Shown here piece after piece: positions 44,409-50,046 of a stretch of DNA of 50,046 nucleotides (position 1 is the stretch's first letter; each line of letters begins with the position of its first letter). The stretch spans positions 1-50,046 of IMG/VR virus record IMGVR_UViG_3300038393_001567; one strand, given 5' to 3'. Both the position numbers and the translations under genes were made by a program. Under the pieces are notes generated by a model that worked only from the letters and a program-made list of their open reading frames with translations, had not been told where the DNA came from and searched no databases. The stretch comes from a virus. Lineage: Duplodnaviria; Caudoviricetes.

Positions 44409-45416
44409 ATGAAACGCCTCTACCGCCACCGCAACTTCCGTCCCGCCGCTCTGGGCCTCATCAAGGCCGCGAATCAAATCATCGCGGAGTACCAAGCCGC
44501 GGGCTACTCCATTACCCTCCGCCAGTTGTACTATCAGTTCGTCTCCCGGGATTTGCTCCCCAACAAGCAGGAGGAGTACAAGCGGCTTGGAGACGTCATT
44601 AACGACGCCCGCCTCGCCGGGCTGGTGGACTGGGAGGCCATCGAGGACCGGGGGAGGTACCCCCGGGAGAATGCCCATTGGGACTCCCCGCAGGACATCA
44701 TTGACGCCTGCTCCCGCCAATTCCGGTTCGAGAAGTGGGCCAACCAGCCGAAGGCCGTGGAGGTGTGGGTGGAGAAGGACGCACTCATCGGCATCGTGGA
44801 GCAGGTGGCGAGGGAGGAGGATTGCGTGGCCTTCTCCTGCCGCGGGTACTCCTCCGCCACCGCCATCTACAACGCCGAGCAGAGAATTCTCAAGCGGGCC
44901 GTCAAGGGCCAATCCACCACCATCCTCCACCTCGGCGACCACGACCCCTCCGGCATGCACATGACGGAAGACGTGCGGGGGCGGATTGAGGAGATGCTCG
45001 CCAACGATTGGTACCACGACGTGATGGTGCCGAAGGGGCTCGGGCACCTCAGTAAGTTTAGCCAAATCTTCCTCAACATGGAGGAGGCCGGCGTGGGCTT
45101 CTCCGTCGAGCGCATCGCCCTCAACATGGACCAAGTGGAGGAGTACAACCCGCCGCCCAACCCGGCTAAGGAAACCGACGCCCGCTTCAAGAAGTACCAA
45201 GCGCAGTACGGGGACGAGTCGTGGGAGCTCGACGCCCTCGACCCCACCGTGCTGGCAGACTTGATTCGCACCAACATCGAGGCCAACCGGGTTGCGGTGT
45301 TGTGGGAGCAATCCTTAGAGGAGGAGCGGAAGGCCCGACTCGGCATCAAGGCCGTGGCTAAGCAGTGGGAGAAATGCCGGAGGCACGCCGAGTGGTTGAG
45401 TGAAGACGCGGAGTGA
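44409..45416 (+). CDS. Topoisomerase VI-A/Spo11-like TOPRIM protein
   Basis: ITLRQLYY (candidate catalytic Tyr), EVWVEKDAL, RGYSS, LGDHDPSG (DxD), WELDAL. Confidence 0.7.
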   Translation: MKRLYRHRNFRPAALGLIKAANQIIAEYQAAGYSITLRQLYYQFVSRDLLPNKQEEYKRLGDVINDARLAGLVDWEAIEDRGRYPRENAHWDSPQDIIDACSRQFRFEKWANQPKAVEVWVEKDALIGIVEQVAREEDCVAFSCRGYSSATAIYNAEQRILKRAVKGQSTTILHLGDHDPSGMHMTEDVRGRIEEMLANDWYHDVMVPKGLGHLSKFSQIFLNMEEAGVGFSVERIALNMDQVEEYNPPPNPAKETDARFKKYQAQYGDESWELDALDPTVLADLIRTNIEANRVAVLWEQSLEEERKARLGIKAVAKQWEKCRRHAEWLSEDAE

Positions 45417-45443
45417 TTGTATAACTTGTGAAGGAGATTCGCC

Positions 45444-45659
45444 ATGATGACGGTTGGCTACATATCACCGACACAGGCACGGCAAATCCTCAAGATTCTC
45501 CGGGCCTCGAAACTCCGGGGCGCCAAGACTCGGGCCAAAGAGTGGGAGAAGATGATGGAGGACGCCACTATCGGCATCGACGGCCCCGGGAAGTGGGACA
45601 CGGATTTCATGGTTGCGTGCTCTGACGAGTACGAGCGGGAAATGATGGAAGACGATTAA
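45444..45659 (+). CDS. Hypothetical protein
   Basis: AAGGAG RBS; GTATAACT upstream. Confidence 0.55.
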   Translation: MMTVGYISPTQARQILKILRASKLRGAKTRAKEWEKMMEDATIGIDGPGKWDTDFMVACSDEYEREMMEDD

Positions 45660-45703
45660 CCCTTAACACCACCTTGGCGGGTGGTAGAGAGTAGAGGAAG
45701 ACG

Positions 45704-46042
45704 ATGTCGGCAGTGGCAGAGAAGCAACGCAAGTCGCAGAAGGGCAAGCCCAAGGCCCCGCGGGTGGACTTCGAGCACCGCCCGCAGGATCAACTGGCCC
45801 GCAAGTTGGTGAAGGCGGGTACGACGCACGAGGTGGCGGCGAAGCGGGCCGGGCTAAAGGTGTCTCGCGTCGGTACCATTACGAAACACATGCGCCGCAA
45901 GGGCGAGCTCCCCACCCTCCGGGACCGACAGGGGAAAACGGATTGGGTTAAGCGCATCATCGCCCGGTACGACGACTTGATTGAGCAGTGCCAGCGGTTG
46001 CGTCAAGACGTGAAGGAGACTCTTCATGGCCACAACAAATAA
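45704..46042 (+). CDS. Putative HTH DNA-binding protein
   Basis: GTTHEVAAKRAGLKVSRVGTI; GAGG RBS. Confidence 0.5.
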   Translation: MSAVAEKQRKSQKGKPKAPRVDFEHRPQDQLARKLVKAGTTHEVAAKRAGLKVSRVGTITKHMRRKGELPTLRDRQGKTDWVKRIIARYDDLIEQCQRLRQDVKETLHGHNK

Positions 46043-46250
46043 ACTACCCCGGGAGAATCACATCTCCCTCCAACTCCGGTTCCCCGACCAATACTCGGAA
46101 ATTAATCAACAGATGGGAAAGCTTGACGCAATCCACGCACGTCTCCTCCGCACCGACGGAGTTGACGAGCAGATTAAACTGGCCCGCTCTATGAGGGGCC
46201 ACGTCGCCGTCATGCTCAAACAACTGCACGACATCCGGAGGAAGTTGTGA
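46026..46250 (+). CDS. Hypothetical protein
   Basis: AAGGAG RBS; 74 aa. Confidence 0.5.
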   Translation: MATTNKLPRENHISLQLRFPDQYSEINQQMGKLDAIHARLLRTDGVDEQIKLARSMRGHVAVMLKQLHDIRRKL

Positions 46251-46270
46251 GGTGAGGTGTATATCTCACC

Positions 46271-47236
46271 ATGAAGACGACAGAAGAAACGCCAACCAAG
46301 CCGGCCGGTGACTTGCACGTCAAGTACCGGCCGGATTCCTTTGATAACGTCATCGGGCACGAGGGCGTCGTCAAGTCGGTACAAAAGGTCCTCGCCGGGA
46401 AACTCGGCAGGGCTTTCTTGTTTGTCGGCCCCCCGGGCTCCGGGAAGACGACGCTCGGGCGAATCATCGCCCGCAGGGTGAAGTGTCACAAGCACAACCT
46501 CTTGGAGATTGACGCCGCCTCCAAGTCGGGCATCGACGACATGCGCACCCTCACCGAGTCCCTCTCCCTCTCCCCGCTCGACGGGGGCTCCAAGGTGGTG
46601 ATCCTCGACGAGGCGCAGGGGCTGAGTAAGCAGGCGTGGGACTCCCTCCTCAAGACGATCGAGGAGCCCCCGCCCCGCGTCTATTGGGTGCTCTGCTCCA
46701 CCAACCCGGGGAAGATCCCGCCCTCCATCCAGTCCCGGTGCCAGAAGTACACGCTCACCGGGGCCAACAACGAACAACTCCGCACCCTCCTCGACCACGT
46801 GGTCGAGCAGGAGGGGTGGGAAACCCCGTCGGAAGTGCTCGGCATCGTGGCCAAGAAGGCCGACGGGAGTTACCGCAACGCCCTCACCTACCTCGCCCAA
46901 GTGTACGAGTGTGCGACGCGGAAGGAGGCCCTCGAAGTCATCAAGACGGTTTCTCTGGACGACGGGGAGGTGGTGGACCTGTGCCGTGCCCTGTACAACG
47001 GCAACCCGGGTTGGGAGGAGTGCCAGCGCCTTCTCGCCCCGCTCAAGGAGCAGAAGCCGGAAACCCTCCGCATCGTGCTCACCAACTGGTTCATCCAAGT
47101 GGCCCTCACCGACAAGAGGCCGCTGACGGTGGGCCGGGCTCTTGAGGTGTTGTCGGCGTTCGACACCCCGTACCCCGACTCGCCCAACATCGCCCCCTTC
47201 GTCGTGTCACTGGCACAACTCACCATGGGAGAATGA
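46271..47236 (+). CDS. Clamp loader AAA+ ATPase (DnaX gamma/tau-like)
   Basis: KYRP..F..VIGHE, GPPGSGKTT, EIDAAS, ILDEAQ, LLKTIEEPP, SRC, GSYRNAL. Confidence 0.9.
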   Translation: MKTTEETPTKPAGDLHVKYRPDSFDNVIGHEGVVKSVQKVLAGKLGRAFLFVGPPGSGKTTLGRIIARRVKCHKHNLLEIDAASKSGIDDMRTLTESLSLSPLDGGSKVVILDEAQGLSKQAWDSLLKTIEEPPPRVYWVLCSTNPGKIPPSIQSRCQKYTLTGANNEQLRTLLDHVVEQEGWETPSEVLGIVAKKADGSYRNALTYLAQVYECATRKEALEVIKTVSLDDGEVVDLCRALYNGNPGWEECQRLLAPLKEQKPETLRIVLTNWFIQVALTDKRPLTVGRALEVLSAFDTPYPDSPNIAPFVVSLAQLTMGE

Positions 47237-47237
47237 C

Positions 47238-47765
47238 GTGAAGAAAACCAACGTCCAGCTCGAAAAGTACAAGGCCATGGAGTCGCAGCTAGTCATTGAC
47301 GAGCACGACTTGGACCACGAAGCCATGGCCCAGCCCCAGCGGTTCAACGACGCGGCCAAGGAGTCCGCCCGGGCGGAGAGCCGTGCCGAGGCGGCGAAGG
47401 ACAACTTGAAGACGGTGGAGGCCGAGTTGGAGTTGGAGCTACGCGAGCGGGCCGAGACGGAGGGGAAGAAGAGCACGGAGGCCACCATCAAGGCACAGGT
47501 GCAGATTCACCCCCGGCGCAAGGAGGCGTACTCCGAGTACCTCCGCGCCAAGCTCGACGCCTCCAAATTCGACGGGCTCAAGGAAGCCTTCAAGGACCGC
47601 TCGTTCATGATCCGCGAGTTATCCGGCATGTGGCTCGCCGGGTATTTCCAGAAGACGAGCATCGACGGCACCGCCAAGCAACGCGACGAGGTGGACTACC
47701 GGGTGGCCAAGGAAGCCTTGGCTGCGGAGCGCAAGCGGCGGAAGGTGAGGCGCGGTCATGATTGA
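47238..47765 (+). CDS. UvsY-like recombination mediator (coiled coil)
   Basis: Helical; LVIDEHDLD, KSTEATIKAQV, EAFKDRSFMI; located before the SSB and RecA-like genes. Confidence 0.55.
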   Translation: MKKTNVQLEKYKAMESQLVIDEHDLDHEAMAQPQRFNDAAKESARAESRAEAAKDNLKTVEAELELELRERAETEGKKSTEATIKAQVQIHPRRKEAYSEYLRAKLDASKFDGLKEAFKDRSFMIRELSGMWLAGYFQKTSIDGTAKQRDEVDYRVAKEALAAERKRRKVRRGHD

Positions 47766-47907
47766 GTTGCTCCAACTCATCCTCATCCTCGGCTCCCCCG
47801 TCGTCGTGTATATCTTCGTGTACGTGAGCGGTAAGGCGTGGTACACGGCCAAGCACCAAGCCTTCGAAAATTACACCAAGCGGGCACAGGCTCGCAGAAG
47901 GAGATGA
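47758..47907 (+). CDS. Small membrane protein, 49 aa (not in the ORF track)
   Basis: MIELLQLILILGSPVVVYIFVYVSGKAWY...RRRR: one hydrophobic segment plus a basic tail; fills the gap between neighbours. Confidence 0.55.
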   Translation: MIELLQLILILGSPVVVYIFVYVSGKAWYTAKHQAFENYTKRAQARRRR

Positions 47908-47912
47908 CGGCC

Positions 47913-49358
47913 ATGAAGAAGTTAAAACTCAACCCCAAGGGCGACAAGAAGCAGAAGCCCAAGTTCGTTTACCGGGAGCGCTCGGAGGCGCAGAACCAGA
48001 AGCGGATGAACCAGCGCGGCGGGGCCAGCTTCGACCCCATCATGTCCGACGTGTACCCGAAGTTTTCCCCCAAGGCCGGCGACCACACCATCCGCATCCT
48101 CCCCCCGACGTGGGAAAACCCCGACGGCTTCGGGCTCGAAGTCTTCGTCCACTACGGCATCGGCCCCGACTCCTCCACGTACCTCTGCAACAAGAAGAAC
48201 AAGGTGGAGCACGAGGACACCGGGTGCCCCGTCTGCGTCGAGCTGGACCGGGCCAACGCCGAGGGCGAGGACGAGTACGGGGCCAAGATTGCTCCGCGCA
48301 AGAAGGTGCTGGTGCTCGTCATCGACCGCAACGACGAGAAGAAGGGCCCGCAGTGGTGGATGATGCCGTGGAAGGGCGAGCGCGACATCGTCAAGGCGTC
48401 GTACAACAAGAAGACGCGGGAGACGCTCAAGGTGGACCACCCGGAGGAGGGGTACGACGTCAACTTCACCGTCACCGGCACGGGGATGAAGACGGAGTAC
48501 AGTGCATGGGCCGTCGAGCGCGACTCCTCCCCGCTCTCCGACGACGAGGACACGATGGCCGCGTGGCTGGAGAAGATCGCCGAGAACCCCCTGCCCGAGC
48601 AGCTCGTCTTCTACTCGGAGGAGTACCTCGCCGGCGTCTTCTCGGGCAAGAGCTCGAAGAAGAAGGGCGACGACGACGACGAGGACGAGGAGGATGACGA
48701 CGACACCGGCTCCACCCGGTCCGAGCGCTCCTCCAAGAAGCCCTCCAAGAAGTCGCGGTCCCGCGACGAGGACGAGGAGGATGAGGAGGAAGACGACGGG
48801 GAGGAGGAAGACGAGGCCCCGCGGAAGGGCAAGGGGAAGAAGTCGGCCCGTGACGAGGACGACGACCTCGACTCCGACGACGACGAGGATGAGGAGGAAG
48901 ACGAGGAGGAGGAGCCGGCGCCCAAGAAGGGCAAGGGCAAGAAGTCGTCGGCCCGCGACGAGGAAGAGGAGGAGGACGACGACGAGGAAGACGACGACGA
49001 AGAGGAGGAAGAGGAAGACGAGGAAGAGGAGGAACCAGCCCCCAAGAAGGGCAAGAGCAAGAAGAAGCCCGTCGTCGACGAGGATGAGGAGGAGGAAGAC
49101 GAGGACGACGACGAGGATGAGGATGAGGATGAGGAAGAGGAGAAGCCCAAGAAGGGCAAGAAGTCGTCGGCTCGTGATGAGGATGAGGAGGAAGACGAGG
49201 ACGACGAGGAAGAGGAAGACGAGGATGAAGAGGAGGATGAAGACGAGGATGAAGAGGAGGATGAAGACGAGGATGAGGACGACGAAGAGGAGGAGGCTCC
49301 CAAGAAGAGCAAGCTCAAGTCGGCCATCCGCGACGGGTTGAAGGGCAAGAAGAAGTAG
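47913..49358 (+). CDS. gp32-like single-stranded DNA-binding protein with a very long charged tail
   Basis: IRILPP, H..C..CPVC metal site, GYDVNFTVTGTGMKTEY; more than 200 residues of D/E and K blocks. Confidence 0.75.
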   Translation: MKKLKLNPKGDKKQKPKFVYRERSEAQNQKRMNQRGGASFDPIMSDVYPKFSPKAGDHTIRILPPTWENPDGFGLEVFVHYGIGPDSSTYLCNKKNKVEHEDTGCPVCVELDRANAEGEDEYGAKIAPRKKVLVLVIDRNDEKKGPQWWMMPWKGERDIVKASYNKKTRETLKVDHPEEGYDVNFTVTGTGMKTEYSAWAVERDSSPLSDDEDTMAAWLEKIAENPLPEQLVFYSEEYLAGVFSGKSSKKKGDDDDEDEEDDDDTGSTRSERSSKKPSKKSRSRDEDEEDEEEDDGEEEDEAPRKGKGKKSARDEDDDLDSDDDEDEEEDEEEEPAPKKGKGKKSSARDEEEEEDDDEEDDDEEEEEEDEEEEEPAPKKGKSKKKPVVDEDEEEEDEDDDEDEDEDEEEEKPKKGKKSSARDEDEEEDEDDEEEEDEDEEEDEDEDEEEDEDEDEDDEEEEAPKKSKLKSAIRDGLKGKKK

Positions 49359-49434
49359 ACCAGCCGGCCCGGAGTGCCTCCCGGGGATACCTCGGCCCCG
49401 CGCGGAGGCCGCCAACATTCCGAGCCGGAGCACC

Positions 49435-49473
49435 GCCACCCGTGGGAACCACAACCCCCACGGGTGGCTTTTC
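49435..49473 (+). terminator. Intrinsic terminator
   Basis: 12-bp stem GCCACCCGTGGG/CCCACGGGTGGC followed by TTTT. Confidence 0.75.
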
Positions 49474-49489
49474 ATGCAGGAGACGACAG

Positions 49490-50046
49490 ATGGAACGCGT
49501 GAAGATCAAAGAAAAGTCGACGGAGGCCAAGCCGGCCAAGAGTAACGGCCGGTACCTCCCCCCGGAAATGGACGTCGAGCGGTTCTCGTCGGGGTGTACC
49601 CTGCTCGACTGTTCGCTGGGCGGCGGGTACGCCAAGCGGCAGGTGCTTAACATCGTCGGGGACAGCTCCACCGGCAAGACGCTACTGGCCATCGAAGCCT
49701 GCGCCAACTTCTCCCGGTCCGTGCGGCGGAAGGATCGCACCCCCGTCATCCGGTACCGCGACAGGGAGGAGGCCTTCGACGTGCCGTACGCGGAGAGCGT
49801 CGGGCTCCCCTCCGACTGCGTCGACTTCGGCGACGTCGACCCGAAGACGGGCGAGTTGATCCCCGTGGAGACGGTGGAGGAGCTGGAGCGGGACATCATC
49901 AAGTTTTCCGACAAGCTCAAGTCCGACGAGGACGGGCTCTACGTCGTCGACTCCCTCGACGCCTTCACCGACGAGCAGGAACTCAAGAGAGACGCCGACG
50001 GCAAGGGCTCCTACGGCACCGGCAAGGCCAAGCAGATGTCGGCCCT
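49490..50046 (+). CDS. recA: RecA/UvsX-like recombinase (3'-truncated by the window)
   Basis: AGGAG RBS; SSGCTLLDCSLGGG, Walker A GDSSTGKT, DREEAFD, VVDSL. Confidence 0.85.
   Translation, partial: MERVKIKEKSTEAKPAKSNGRYLPPEMDVERFSSGCTLLDCSLGGGYAKRQVLNIVGDSSTGKTLLAIEACANFSRSVRRKDRTPVIRYRDREEAFDVPYAESVGLPSDCVDFGDVDPKTGELIPVETVEELERDIIKFSDKLKSDEDGLYVVDSLDAFTDEQELKRDADGKGSYGTGKAKQMSA

Noticed and set aside
48611-49348. Poly-Ser minus-strand ORF, and GAG/GAC repeats as a possible array
   Set aside because: Reverse complement of the acidic SSB tail; coding low complexity with no repeat-spacer structure

Overview
This window is an internal 50-kb segment of a GC-rich, long-tailed (siphovirus-type) dsDNA phage. 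It begins inside the virion module and ends inside a RecA/UvsX-like gene; no host genes, tRNA, rRNA, CRISPR array, integrase or lysis genes are recognisable. 1-16.5 kb (+) holds head-tail joining genes, the tail tube, a tail chaperone with a -1 frameshift, the tape measure and a GTA-like tail tip (Dit, hub, NlpC/P60, large tip protein, DUF2793 fibre), with Cys-rich accessory genes inserted. 16.5-20.9 kb (-) holds queE and small early genes. 21.4-50 kb (+) holds the replication and regulation genes: DnaB-like helicase, SNF2 helicase, primase, sigma-like factor, beta-type clamp, family A polymerase with a degenerate N-terminal UDG-like domain, clamp loader, UvsY-like, gp32-like SSB and RecA-like. 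Interleaved with these is a dispersed 7-deazaguanine DNA-modification pathway (folE, queD, queE, a queC lacking its Zn cysteines, two tandem DpdA/TGT-like genes) plus a purine phosphoribosyltransferase. The most notable signals are: (i) the unusual deazaguanine system; (ii) a recurrent GTATA(C/A/T)CT-N4-ATG motif, including three identical 19-mers, in front of queE, the helicase, the PRTase, the clamp, the clamp loader and a Topo VI-A-like gene; (iii) a separate family of sigma70 promoter plus RBS cassettes; (iv) apparent absence of CCWGG. All protein assignments rest on motif recognition by eye, not database searches.
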